Positions 1 through 11,188 of a stretch of DNA of 64,000 nucleotides are shown here, one piece after another. The notes beneath the pieces are model-generated. The model made no database searches. It was not told where the DNA came from and saw only the letters and a program-made list of their open reading frames with translations. Positions within the stretch are counted from its first letter, which is position 1. Every line of letters begins with the position of its first letter. This stretch comes from Nitrosopumilaceae archaeon (lineage in GTDB: Archaea > Thermoproteota > Nitrososphaeria > Nitrososphaerales > Nitrosopumilaceae): positions 1,184,001 through 1,248,000 of the forward strand of contig OZ242274.1 in assembly GCA_965207375.1 (NCBI GenBank), given 5' to 3'. Position numbers and translations under genes: made by a program.

Positions 1-1
1 T

Positions 2-3000
2 CACAAATTTGGTCCATCAGGAAACTATCTTGGTGATCTTGATATTGTAGGTACGGACAAGATTGCTGTACCACGTGGAATCCATTTTGATTCTAATGGC
101 GACACTTACGTAGCAGATGCCGGAAATGATCAAATCTACATAGAGCGTGATGGATTCACTTTTGAAGTAGTAAACGTACAAAACGGTCAACTGACTGTAA
201 CCATACCTCTAAATGCTGTAACCGATCTTGCCGGTAACAGAAACACTGGCACAGGTACAGGACAACACACAGTGACCGTAGCTATAAATCCAGATCCGCC
301 TACAAACCTGATTGCATCCCCTGGCAACGGTCAAGTCACACTATCATGGACTGCACCTGCAAATACCTATGGAACTCCACTTACTGATTATATCGTAGAA
401 CGTAATAGAGATGGCGTCTGGACTAATGTTAATGATGGCGTCTCTACTGACACATTTACTACAGTAACTGGTCTCTCAAACGGAATCACCTACCAATTTA
501 GAGTCAGCGCTGTAAACAGTATAGGAACCAGTCTTTTATCTAATATTGCTAGTGCCACTCCTAATCCTGCACCTGCAGCACCGGCAGTACCAACAGGACT
601 TTCAGCAACAGCAGGCAACGGTATTGTTACACTATCATGGACTGCACCTGATTCAAACAGGTCACCACTTACTGATTATACTATACAATACAAACTAAAC
701 ACGGCAAACACTTGGACTGTATTCAATGACGGTACAGTTAATCAAACCTCTACTACTGTCACCGGTCTAACAAACGGTGTACCGTATCAGTTTAGAGTGG
801 CAGCCACAAATGGTATAGGAACAGGTCTTTTCTCTAGTCCCTTTGATTTTACAATACCTAGTACAATTGACACTGTAGCACCATCTGTGGTAATATCTGC
901 CCTATCACCTGCTCGTACATCTCTTTCATCTATACCATTTAGTATAGCATTTAGCGAAAACGTCACAGGATTTGAGGCATCAGATATTTCAGTATCTTCT
1001 GGAACTGTAACGAATTTAGTTGGTTCATTTACCGGCTTTTTTGGTGAACTAGGCAGCAAAGACGGACAGTTTAACACCCCAAGGGCAATAGCAGTCAATA
1101 GTACCGGTCACATATTCGTACTAGAAAACCACAACAGCCGCATTCAGATACTAGAGATTATAGACGGTGAGATACGTCATGCAGCCAATTTTGACATTGC
1201 ACCATTTAATGATCCTCAAAGAATGGCAATAAATTCAACAGGTCACATCTTTGTGACAGACAAAGGCAGTGATGGCGTTCATGTAATTGATCCAGCAGGC
1301 AAATATCTGACTCATCTTGGCACTGGTCAAGGTGATGAAAACGATGAGTTTGAGGATCCAATTGGAATTACAATAAATGGTACTGACCACATCTTTGTAG
1401 TAGACGCTTTTAACGAACGTGTCAAGATACTAGACTCTTCTGGAAAATACTTGGATCAGATTGATGACAACAGTACAGGTGATAACAGGTTACTTGCTCC
1501 AAGTGACATTGCAATAAATTCAGCAGGACACATCTTTGTAACAGACACTAGCTTTGACAGAGTTCAGATCTTCAACAATGTCGGTCACCTTGTTGGTACG
1601 TTTGGTACGGCCGGTCCAGGTAATGGTCAATTCAATGATCCAAATGGAATAGCAATAAACAGTGACGACCAGATTTATGTGGCAGACCGGAATAACAACC
1701 GCGTTCAGATATTTGATAGTGCAGGAAACTATCAAAGTAAGTTTAACGGTACAGGTTCAGGTGATGATATATTGAGATACCCCACAGATATTGCGCTAGA
1801 TTCTATGGGCGGCATTTATGTAACGAGTCTTACAAATAATCAAATCTATGTAGAGCGTGACACGCACTCTTTTGCGGTACAAAATCCTGGAAATGGAAGA
1901 CTTACAGTATCCATACCTGCAAATTCCGTACATGATGCAGCAGGCAACGGCAACCCTGCATCAAATACTGTATCTGTAACTGTAACTGGATCTTCGGTTG
2001 TAATACCGACTGTAACTGCACCTGGTGTACCAACCAGTCTTAGTGCAACAGCAGGTGACGGTCAAGTTGTACTATCTTGGAGAGCACCAAATAATGACGG
2101 AAATTCACCAATTACCAGATACACCATTGAACAAAGTACCAACGGTGGCACCTCATGGACTGCTTCTACTCCTTCAACATCAACTGGAACGACAGTTACA
2201 GTAACAGGTCTTACAAATGATCAAGTCTATCACTTTAGGGTAAGTGCCACAAACAGTATCGGAACAGGTGCAGCATCAGGTACTGCACAGGCAACGCCAA
2301 CAGGGCAACAAACGCCAATAGTACAACCACCTCCAACAGTGCAGGACAACACACGACCTACAATTACAATCAATGGTGCAAATCCTATTACCATATCTTT
2401 AGGCGATACATACAATGATGCAGGCGCTACATGTACAGATAATGTAGATTCTACTCCTACACTTACTGATACAAGTACAGTTGATGCCTCCACTAGAGGT
2501 TCATACACAGTAACGTACACATGTACTGATGATGCAAATAACTCTGCACAAGCAGTTCGAACAGTCAATGTGGTTACAGTACCAAGTGCAACAACAAATC
2601 TTAGAGCATCAGCAGGTGACGCTCAAGTTATACTAAGATGGACTGCACCTGATAATGGAGGATCTACAATTATAGATTATATCATAGAATATAGTGCAAA
2701 CGCAGGCACATCATGGAGCACCGTCAATGACGGTACATCCGCTAGTGCCGCTAGTACCGTAACCGGTCTGACAAACGGACAAAACTATCAGTTTAGAGTC
2801 AGTGCTGTAAATGGTGAAGGGACAGGGACTACATCCAATGTTGCTACTGCAACTCCGCGTGTAACAGTACAACCAGTAATTACAGCACCAGGTGCCAACA
2901 GGTCTTAGTGCAACAGCAGGCGATGGTGAAATCACACTGACTTGGACTGCACCAGCAGATAATGGAAATTCACCAATTATCGATTATGTCATTGAACAAA

Positions 3001-4706
3001 GTACAGATGGCGGCACCACTTGGGGTGATTCGACTCCTGCAACATCTGTTGGAACAACTGTTACTGTCACAGGTCTTACAAACGATATACTATACCAGTT
3101 TAGAGTAAGTGCAACAAATGTACAAGCACCAGGAGTACCATCTGATGTCGTTTCTGCAACTCCAACTGCAACCGTACAACCTGTAATTACAGCACCAGGA
3201 GCACCAACTAATCTTTCAGTAGATGCCATAAGCGAGACCACAGTAACACTGTCTTGGACTGCACCTGTAGATAATGGTGGATCTGCAATTATTAATTATA
3301 ACATTGAACAAAGTGAGGATGGCGGTACCACTTGGAACAACTCCAATCCGGTCGCATCTATCACGTCACCTGTCACCGTAACCGATCTCACAAGCGGTCA
3401 AGAATATCAGTTTAGAGTAAGCGCAACAAATGTACAAGAACTAGGACCTACATCCAATGTTGTTACTGTAACTACAACTGCAAGCGCACAACAGGGAACT
3501 GAAACTGTAATTACAGCACCTGGAGCGCCAACAGGTCTTAATGCAACAGTAGGTAACGGTATTGTTACACTGTCATGGATTGCACCTGCAAATAATGGAA
3601 GTTCTGCCATCATCAGTTATACCATACAACAAAGCACAAACGGTACTGTTTGGGTTAATTCAACTCCTGCTACAGCAACTGAACTGACACAGATTGTAAC
3701 AGGGCTTACAAACGGTGTACAGTATCAGTTTAGAGTTAATGCTACAAATACAGAATTGACAGGTGATGCCTCTGCGGCTGTATCTGCCACACCAGACGCT
3801 TCAATACCAACTGTACCTGACGCACCAATATATCCATCATTTTGGATAACAGATGATGCAACTGAAGTAAGATTGTTTTGGAATGCACCAGCAGATAATG
3901 GTGGGTCTGATATTACTGTATACAAGACACAATACAAAATAGCAACTGATTCTGATTGGACAAACGGTCCAGACTCTACAACAATTCCTGTAACTATATC
4001 AAACCTTACACCGAATCAACCATACGAGTTTAGAGTATTTGCAGTAAATGACATAGGAACCAGTGAACCGTCCCTTGTTACATTTGCAACGCTAGTACCA
4101 ATACAGGCTACAGTACCTGGCGCTCCAACTGCTCTTGTAGCAACACCTCGCAATGCACAGGTGGCTCTATCTTGGACTGCACCATCTGACGGCGGTTCAT
4201 CAATTACTGGTTATACCGTACAACAAAGCGTTGATTCTGGTACTACTTGGACTGCTTCTACCTTTACTTTATTTGGAACGACTACAACAGTAACCGGTCT
4301 TACAAACGATATACAGTACAGCTTCCGAGTGCTTGCAGTAAACAGTATAGGAATCAGTGAACCCTCCAATGTTGTTACTGCAACACCTACAGCACAGCAA
4401 ACGCCAACTGTACCTGACGCACCAATATATCCATCATTTTGGATAACAGATGATGCAACTGAAGTAAGATTGTTTTGGAATGCACCAGCAGATAATGGTG
4501 GGTCTGATATTACTGTATACAAGACACAATACAAAATAGCAACTGATTCTGATTGGACAAACGGTCCAGACTCTACAACAATTCCTGTAACTATATCAAA
4601 CCTTACACCGAATAAACCATACGAGTTTAGAGTATTTGCAGTAAATGATATAGGAACCAGTGAACCGTCCCTTGTTACATTTGCAACGCTAGTACCAATA
4701 AATTAA
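2..4706 (+). CDS. Large surface protein (FN3 repeats, Ig-like domains with inserted NHL beta-propellers, DUF5011-like domain); 5' end outside the window; split by a frameshift at ~2894
   Basis: Frame 2 is open from base 2 into ORF 272..2908. It contains FN3 motifs (LSWTAP...YQFRVSAxN) and NHL repeats (GQFNxPxGIAIN...IYVAD). ORF 2892..4706 continues the same FN3 repeat in another frame. Confidence 0.85.
3807..4700 (+). repeat. Two near-identical 297-bp FN3 modules (3807-4103, 4404-4700)
   Basis: Both encode PTVPDAPIYPSFWITDDATEVRLFWNAP...VTFATLVPI and differ at only a few bases. Confidence 0.95.
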
Positions 4707-4743
4707 CCGCTTTGATGTTTCACCGTTTACTAATTAAAAAATG

Positions 4744-4844
4744 GTAAGTGTTAACGTCACGTTTGAATTTTTATTCTATTTTTTGACGGCAAAGTAATTT
4801 CGTAGCTAAAATTATCATAATTTTAAAACAACGTTAACAGATAC
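4744..4844. mobile_element. IS66-type MITE (101 bp) with 8-bp target-site duplication
   Basis: Ends GTAAGTGTTAACGT and ACGTTAACAGATAC form an imperfect inverted repeat. AAAAAATG flanks both sides (4736-4743, 4845-4852). Confidence 0.8.
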
Positions 4845-4923
4845 AAAAAATGTAAATAAGCATGCCGCAATCAAATGTAATTAGTTATATAACCACAATT
4901 ATGCATATGAGCTATACAAAAAA

Positions 4924-7900
4924 ATGACATTATTTACAGTAACATCAATTTTAGTTGCACTTTCAGTAGCATCTGTATCTGGTCTTGTTATAGATGATGC
5001 ATTTGCACTGCACGATGACGATGATGGTGATTTATGGGTAGGACATCCGACCTTGAATCATACTTTTATTCCTACACTAGATGTAGCAACAAATGAATTT
5101 ACATTTGCCTTTGATATGCGAACACAGCTTTTTCGTGCCGCTAAGGTTTCATTGGTTAGTCCAGGTTCTAGTGAGGTTATACCTCTTTCAGATTCTAAGG
5201 TGAAAAAGCATGATGGTTATGCTCGATACACGCTGACACTGCCTGATGAAACAGTATACAGGGTTTTATCTTGGGATTCACCCGGCTCTTTTCAGACTGC
5301 AAAAGGCGCAGCTCTCAACTATAACTATGATCCAGACCATCCTCATGTGGGTCAATATAGCAGGAGTGCATCAAGTTCCTATGATGTAATCAGTACAAAT
5401 CCCATCACGCCTGTGGTGAGTATATCTTCAGCTACAGGTGGTGGTACAGGTGGTAATGTGACCTTTACCCTACAGGCAAATCCCGCTCCATCATTTCCAC
5501 TACCCGTAATCATAAATGTCACTACAGTAGGTGAGTATGGTATAACAACCGGCAGACAAGTCACGCCCATACATGAGAATGGATTTGGCACAATAAGCTT
5601 GTTAATTGATGATACAACCCATAATGGTAACGGTTCAGTTACTATACAGATAGACAAAGGTGTGGGTTATACTCGTGGTGCAGATGTGATTAAAACGGTA
5701 GATGTGTTGGATTCGCAACAACCAACTGTACCAAGCACACTATCAAATAGTACACAATCTACACCAATACAGCAAGATGCTATACTGCTAGATACTGTGC
5801 CACCTGTAATTACTGTACCTGGTAAGAATCCAATTATCATCAATCTAGGCACTACCTACAATGATGCAGGCGCCACATGCACTGATAATGTAGATACAAA
5901 TCCTACACTTGTACAAAGTAGTACAGTTGATGCTTCTTCTAGAGGTTCATACACAGTAACATACACATGTACTGATGATGCAAACAATTCTGCACAAGCA
6001 GTTCGAACAGTTAACGTGGTTACAGTACCAGGCGCACCAACTGGTCTTCGTGCAATAGCAGGTGACGCTCAAGTTGAACTATCTTGGACTGCTCCATCTG
6101 ATACCGGAGGCAGAGCAATTACTGATTATAAAATCGAATATAAAACATCAGGTGGTTCATGGACTGTATTCAATGACGGTACATCCACTCGTACCTCTGC
6201 AACTGTTACCGGTCTAACAAACGACCAAGCATATCACTTTAGAGTAAGTGCTACAAACAGTATCGGAACAGGAGCAGTATCAAATACTGCACAGGCAACG
6301 CCAACAGGACAACAAACGCCAATAGTGCAACCGCCTCCAATAGTACATGACAACACACCACCTACAATAGTACATGACAACACACCACCTACAATTGTAA
6401 TTACAGATTCCAATCCTATTACGATATCTTTAGGCACTGTTTACAATGATGCAGGCGCCACATGTACTGATAATGTAGATACAAATCCTACACTTGTACA
6501 ACGTAGTACAGTTGATGCTTCTTCTAGAGGTTCATACACTGTAACATACACCTGTATTGATGATTCTAATAATGAGGCACAAGCAGTTCGAACAGTCAAT
6601 GTGGTTACAGTACCAGGCGCACCAACTGGTCTTCGTGCAATAGCAGGTGACGGTCAAGTTGAACTATCTTGGAGAGCACCAGATAATGGAGGAGATGCAA
6701 TTACAGATTATATCATACAATACAGTGTAAACGCAGGAGCATCATGGAGCACCTTCAATGACGGCACATCAACTAGTACCTCTACTACTGTCACAGGTCT
6801 CACAAACGGAAATACTTACCAATTTAGAACAAGTGCTGTAAACGCACAGGGAACAGGGTCTACATCTAATGTTGCTTCTATAACTCCAACTGTAACCGTA
6901 CAGCCTGTAATTACAGCACTAGGAGCACCAACTAATCTTTCAGCAATAGCAGCTGATGGTGAAATCACATTATCTTGGACTGCACCTGCAAATGACGGAA
7001 ATTCACCAATTACCAGTTATACTATACAACAAAGTACTAATGCTGGCACCACGTGGGTTGCTTCGACTCCTTCAACATCTACTGGAACAACTGTTATCGT
7101 AACCGGTCTGACAAATGATCAAATCTATCACTTTAGAGTAAGTGCGGTAAATGCACAAGGAACAAGCCCAGCATCTAATGTTGATACAGCAACGCCTACT
7201 GCACCTGCACAACAGTCTACTGCACCTGGAATCCCAACAGATCTTTCAGCTACTATAGGTAATACTCAAGTAACACTATCATGGGCAGCACCCACAAACA
7301 TCGGAAGTTCTGCCATCATTAGTTATACCATACAACAAAGCACAGATGGTACTGCTTGGGTTAATTCAACTCCTGCTACAGCAACAGAATTGACACAGAT
7401 TGTAACGGGTCTGACAAACGGTGTACAGTATCAGTTTAGAGTTAATGCTACAAATACAGAATTGACAGGTGATGCCTCTGCGATTATATCTGCCACACCA
7501 GACGCTTCAATACCAACTGTACCTGACGCACCAATATATCCTTCATTTTGGATAACTGATGATGCAACTGAAGTAAGATTGTTTTGGAATGCACCAGCAG
7601 ATAATGGTGGCTCAGACATTACAAGCTACAAGCCACAATACAAAATAGCAACTGATTCTGATTGGACAGCTGGCCCTACGGGATTGTCTATACCTGCAAC
7701 TATATCAGGTCTTACACCGAATCAACCATACGAGTTTAGAGTATTTGCAGTAAATGACATAGGAACCAGTGAACCGTCCCTTGTTACATTTGCAACGCTA
7801 GTACCAATACAGGCTACATCAGTACCTGGTGCTCCAACAAACCTTCAAGCAACGGCAGGTAATGGTATTACTACATTATCATGGAATGCACCATCTGATG

Positions 7901-8412
7901 GCAGATCATCAATTACTGGTTATATCGTACAGCAAAGTATAGACGGCACCACTTGGACTAATTCTGCCTTTACTATATCTGGAACGACTGCAACAGTAAC
8001 GGGTCTGAGCAACGGGGTACAGTACAGCTTCCGAGTGCTTGCAACAAACGCTGTAGGTAACAGTGAACCCTCCAATGTTGATATGACTACACCTGTAGCA
8101 CAGCAAACAAAAACCGCACCTGACGCACCAATATATCCTTCATTTTGGATAACTGATGATGCAACTGAAGTAAGATTGTTTTGGAATGCACCAGCAGATA
8201 ATGGTGGGTCTGATATTACTGTATACAAGACACAATACAAAATAGCAACTGATTCTGATTGGACAAACGGTCCAGACTCTACAACCATTCCTGTAAATAT
8301 CCCAAACCTTACACCGAATAAGCCATACGAGTTTAGAGTATTTGCAGTAAATGATATAGGAACCAGTGAACCGTCCCTTGTTACATTTGCAACGCTAGTA
8401 CCAATAAATTAA
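4924..8412 (+). CDS. Secreted FN3-repeat surface protein with two DUF5011-like Ig domains
   Basis: Hydrophobic signal-like N-terminus (..VIDDAFA), about seven FN3 modules, two YNDAGATCTDNVD...YTVTYTC modules. The C-terminus is nearly identical to that of the upstream gene. Confidence 0.9.
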   Translation: MTLFTVTSILVALSVASVSGLVIDDAFALHDDDDGDLWVGHPTLNHTFIPTLDVATNEFTFAFDMRTQLFRAAKVSLVSPGSSEVIPLSDSKVKKHDGYARYTLTLPDETVYRVLSWDSPGSFQTAKGAALNYNYDPDHPHVGQYSRSASSSYDVISTNPITPVVSISSATGGGTGGNVTFTLQANPAPSFPLPVIINVTTVGEYGITTGRQVTPIHENGFGTISLLIDDTTHNGNGSVTIQIDKGVGYTRGADVIKTVDVLDSQQPTVPSTLSNSTQSTPIQQDAILLDTVPPVITVPGKNPIIINLGTTYNDAGATCTDNVDTNPTLVQSSTVDASSRGSYTVTYTCTDDANNSAQAVRTVNVVTVPGAPTGLRAIAGDAQVELSWTAPSDTGGRAITDYKIEYKTSGGSWTVFNDGTSTRTSATVTGLTNDQAYHFRVSATNSIGTGAVSNTAQATPTGQQTPIVQPPPIVHDNTPPTIVHDNTPPTIVITDSNPITISLGTVYNDAGATCTDNVDTNPTLVQRSTVDASSRGSYTVTYTCIDDSNNEAQAVRTVNVVTVPGAPTGLRAIAGDGQVELSWRAPDNGGDAITDYIIQYSVNAGASWSTFNDGTSTSTSTTVTGLTNGNTYQFRTSAVNAQGTGSTSNVASITPTVTVQPVITALGAPTNLSAIAADGEITLSWTAPANDGNSPITSYTIQQSTNAGTTWVASTPSTSTGTTVIVTGLTNDQIYHFRVSAVNAQGTSPASNVDTATPTAPAQQSTAPGIPTDLSATIGNTQVTLSWAAPTNIGSSAIISYTIQQSTDGTAWVNSTPATATELTQIVTGLTNGVQYQFRVNATNTELTGDASAIISATPDASIPTVPDAPIYPSFWITDDATEVRLFWNAPADNGGSDITSYKPQYKIATDSDWTAGPTGLSIPATISGLTPNQPYEFRVFAVNDIGTSEPSLVTFATLVPIQATSVPGAPTNLQATAGNGITTLSWNAPSDGRSSITGYIVQQSIDGTTWTNSAFTISGTTATVTGLSNGVQYSFRVLATNAVGNSEPSNVDMTTPVAQQTKTAPDAPIYPSFWITDDATEVRLFWNAPADNGGSDITVYKTQYKIATDSDWTNGPDSTTIPVNIPNLTPNKPYEFRVFAVNDIGTSEPSLVTFATLVPIN
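6338..6395 (+). repeat. In-frame 27-bp tandem duplication (IVHDNTPPT x2)
   Basis: caatagtacatgacaacacaccaccta at 6338 and 6365. Confidence 0.9.
7513..8406 (+). repeat. Third and fourth copies of the 297-bp FN3 module (7513-7809, ~8110-8406)
   Basis: Same module as 3807-4103; copy 3 has a divergent internal patch at ~7612-7710. Confidence 0.93.
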
Positions 8413-8514
8413 CCAGTAACTTTTTGATATTCCACCAACCGTTGACGCTTTTCAAACACCTATCAAGTCAACAAAAAAGTAACTTTAGAATTTATTAGAT
8501 GTGATGATATAGAC

Positions 8515-8715
8515 ATGACAATGAAACTTGAAGACGCAAAATACAATCCTATCTATACTGCAATACTCCGTGATGAGAATTACGAACTCGTCTCTCCGGA
8601 TGACCCAAAGGCAAAATATGCTGAACAATATAGAAACATAGATGGAGAACTAACACATGTTGTATTTAGACTAGATACCGGTAAACCTGAAATAGATGAC
8701 AATACCATCACATGA
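8515..8715 (+). CDS. Hypothetical protein
   Basis: 66-aa ATG ORF preceded by a GTGA-type motif; no recognisable domain. Confidence 0.45.
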   Translation: MTMKLEDAKYNPIYTAILRDENYELVSPDDPKAKYAEQYRNIDGELTHVVFRLDTGKPEIDDNTIT

Positions 8716-8880
8716 GATACACTAGAGTGCAGCCTTGATTCAGTTCCTACAGACGTAGACTGGGGTAAATGGGTAGAGAATAATGAATAATATAGAATAG
8801 AAATCCATCAAGTGTAACATGAAAGAAACTAGTGAAGAAAATAATAAAACTAAAGACAGTGCCCGTACGGATGAAGAAAC

Positions 8881-8955
8881 AGCTAAGCAAAATGTGGCCC
8901 AAATTCTTACCTCACCTCTGTTTGCATTTTAGGATAGATTTTGGCCTATTTTACA
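8881..8955. mobile_element. Internally deleted copy of the AGCTAAG MITE-like element
   Basis: Left end agctaagcaaaatgtggcccaaattcttacctc is joined almost directly to right-end sequence tctgtttgcattttaggatagattttg; both match the ends of 13237-13589. Confidence 0.65.
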
Positions 8956-9330
8956 CACATTTCGTTTAACTGGTAATCATGCAAAAATCATAAAAAAATC
9001 AATGGGGTATTGTAAGTGCTCAATTTGCTTCCTGTCGTCTATGATGGACTTATTCGACTAGGTTTCAAACCAGTGCGATTTGGTCCCAGAGATAACACAC
9101 AAAGGAAAAAACTTGTCAGAAAAGTTTCCAAATCCCTGCAAATTCCCACAAGAGACATCACAAGACAGTATGGATCTCATACACTACAAAAAATTCATTT
9201 TGTTCCTAAAAATATCAGACCGTATTATAAAATCAGTTTGCAGCTGTGACAGTTTCTAAAATATCGTAATGTCATTTTTTAGATTAAACATTCTTAGTTT
9301 AAATTGAGGGATTTTTAATTTTTGAATATT

Positions 9331-10353
9331 ATGGTAACTGCTAAAAAAACCACAAAAAAAGTGACTAAAAAGACAAAGAAAACCAAAATAGTGTGTGTCT
9401 CTCACAAGGAGGATTGTGACGGTATCAGTTCAGCAGCCCTGATTCATCAGGCCTTTGGTGCAGATTCTGTTCTTGTTGACTATATAGGACAAATGGATGC
9501 AATAGAGCAGTTATCAAATGACGAAAAACTAAAGGCCTTATACATTTGTGATTTGGGACTAAGCAAAAAGAATCAGGATCAATTTGTCGAAATTATGACA
9601 ACGCTTCGAAAGCGAAAGGTTGCTGTAACTTATATCGATCATCACGATATTGATCCCGCTGTGACTAGAAAATTAAAAAAACTCAAAGTTAAAATGATTC
9701 ACGATATCAACGAATGTACCGCAGTTCAAGTTTACAACGCTTACAAATCCAAGTTAAATGATCATGCATCCTTTGTTGCTGCATGTGCTGCAATTACTGA
9801 CTATATGGAAGATAGGCCTCTTGGCTCCAAGTTACTTCACATCTACGATAGGCAGTTTGCTCTAATTAGTGCTACAGTTCTTACATACAATATTGTAGGT
9901 CATCAAAAGGATGACGATTATCTAGTGTATCTAGTTGAAGAATTGGCAGCATCCAAGTATCCGCATGAACTGCCAAACACTTTTGAGTTTGCACAAATCC
10001 AGGTTGAAAAATTGGCAAGCATCATAGCCACAGTTAAAAAAAGTATGAAAAAAATGTCAAATATTGGACACATGGAAATCCTAGATGCAGGTGCAAGTGG
10101 GGCAGTTAATTTCGTCTTAGGTTTATCCGGAAAAGACGTAGGAGTAGCTTACAAAGAAAGAGTTGATCACGGAATCTATGCAGTTTCTATAAGAGGAGCT
10201 AAAAGCTGTAAAATCCATTTGGGAAAAATTGTCAATGTTTTGGCCACAGAATTAGGTGGGTCAGGAGGCGGTCATGACAGAGCATGTGGCGCTGCCATTC
10301 CAAAAGCAAAAATGAAGACATTCCTAAGAGAATTTAATAAAAAGTTAGGCTAA
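9331..10353 (+). CDS. DHH/DHHA1 family phosphoesterase (RecJ-like)
   Basis: HKEDCDG, ICDLG, IDHH and GGSGGGHDRACG motifs. Confidence 0.9.
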   Translation: MVTAKKTTKKVTKKTKKTKIVCVSHKEDCDGISSAALIHQAFGADSVLVDYIGQMDAIEQLSNDEKLKALYICDLGLSKKNQDQFVEIMTTLRKRKVAVTYIDHHDIDPAVTRKLKKLKVKMIHDINECTAVQVYNAYKSKLNDHASFVAACAAITDYMEDRPLGSKLLHIYDRQFALISATVLTYNIVGHQKDDDYLVYLVEELAASKYPHELPNTFEFAQIQVEKLASIIATVKKSMKKMSNIGHMEILDAGASGAVNFVLGLSGKDVGVAYKERVDHGIYAVSIRGAKSCKIHLGKIVNVLATELGGSGGGHDRACGAAIPKAKMKTFLREFNKKLG

Positions 10354-10496
10354 ATGTGAGGCCTGCATCTAAGAAAATATCTGATTTAAAATTGCCTAGC
10401 TGATTTGTTAAATTTAGCTGTGGCCACATTAGACAGGTAAAAACAAATTTGATACTAGTTTTTAAAATAACGGTGTAAAAATAATGAAACTATACC

Positions 10497-11021
10497 TCAA
10501 AGGAATCTGCCATTGTTATCTAACCAATCCATCTTGTCCTCATAATCGGGCATGTATTTTCTCACAAGTTCCCAATATCTGCCAGAATGTCTACGTATCT
10601 TTAGTTTACATAATTCCTGAATTATGATATAATCTATTACATCCTTTGGTGCTTTAACAAGTCTGGCATTTAGTGTGATTACACTAGATCCGGTAACAGT
10701 TGACCATCTTGTTTTGAGTGGTTTTATAGCTGTTCTAGACGGAGCTACTTCAATTATTGAGGCAAGAGTTCTGACACGTTCTCTGATATATGACTCTTCT
10801 AGTTGGACAAATTGCTTGTTTCTTTCACAAAACTCTGAATACACTTCATACATCCACCTTTTATTACGATTGATTATTTTTTCAATGTCTTTATCTGATT
10901 TGTTAGATGGAACTCTAACCTCTATACTGCCACCGGTGATATGAATTTGCGATGATTGTCTCCTAGGACTTTTTACTACCCTGTAGGGGATAACAGTAGA
11001 TCTATACAATATGTTTTTCAT
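10497..11021 (-). CDS. YgjP/DUF45 (M48-like) metallopeptidase-fold protein lacking the HExxH histidines
   Basis: KTRWS..ITLNARL..AP..VIDYIII(QELCK)L...HS..YW.LV...MPDY pattern. Confidence 0.8.
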   Translation of the reverse strand: MKNILYRSTVIPYRVVKSPRRQSSQIHITGGSIEVRVPSNKSDKDIEKIINRNKRWMYEVYSEFCERNKQFVQLEESYIRERVRTLASIIEVAPSRTAIKPLKTRWSTVTGSSVITLNARLVKAPKDVIDYIIIQELCKLKIRRHSGRYWELVRKYMPDYEDKMDWLDNNGRFL

Positions 11022-11104
11022 AGATTGTTATTTGTATTTGTAATTTATATGACTTTTGGAATCTCAAACATTTGTTTTTTGTGAATTGTAAAACGCTAGA
11101 TCAA

Positions 11105-11188
11105 GTAACTGATCGATTTTATAAAGTGTCATACTTGAATCAAATATAAAAATCATATATGTGATATTTTGTACACACAAAGTGTTAC
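11105..11188. mobile_element. IS66-derived MITE-like repeat, copy 1
   Basis: Starts GTAACTGATCG, identical to the first 11 bp of the IS66 right TIR at 60217; ends AAGTGTTAC. Homologous to 48722-48809 and ~36010-36105. Confidence 0.7.

Noticed and set aside
3807-8406. Near-identical C-terminal repeats as DGR template/variable regions
   Set aside because: No reverse transcriptase in the window, all copies are coding, and the differences are not adenine-specific.
8713-8790. Frame stays open ~24 codons past the TGA of ORF 8515 (possible readthrough or selenocysteine)
   Set aside because: Short enough to be chance or a simple nonsense mutation; no SECIS or homology evidence.
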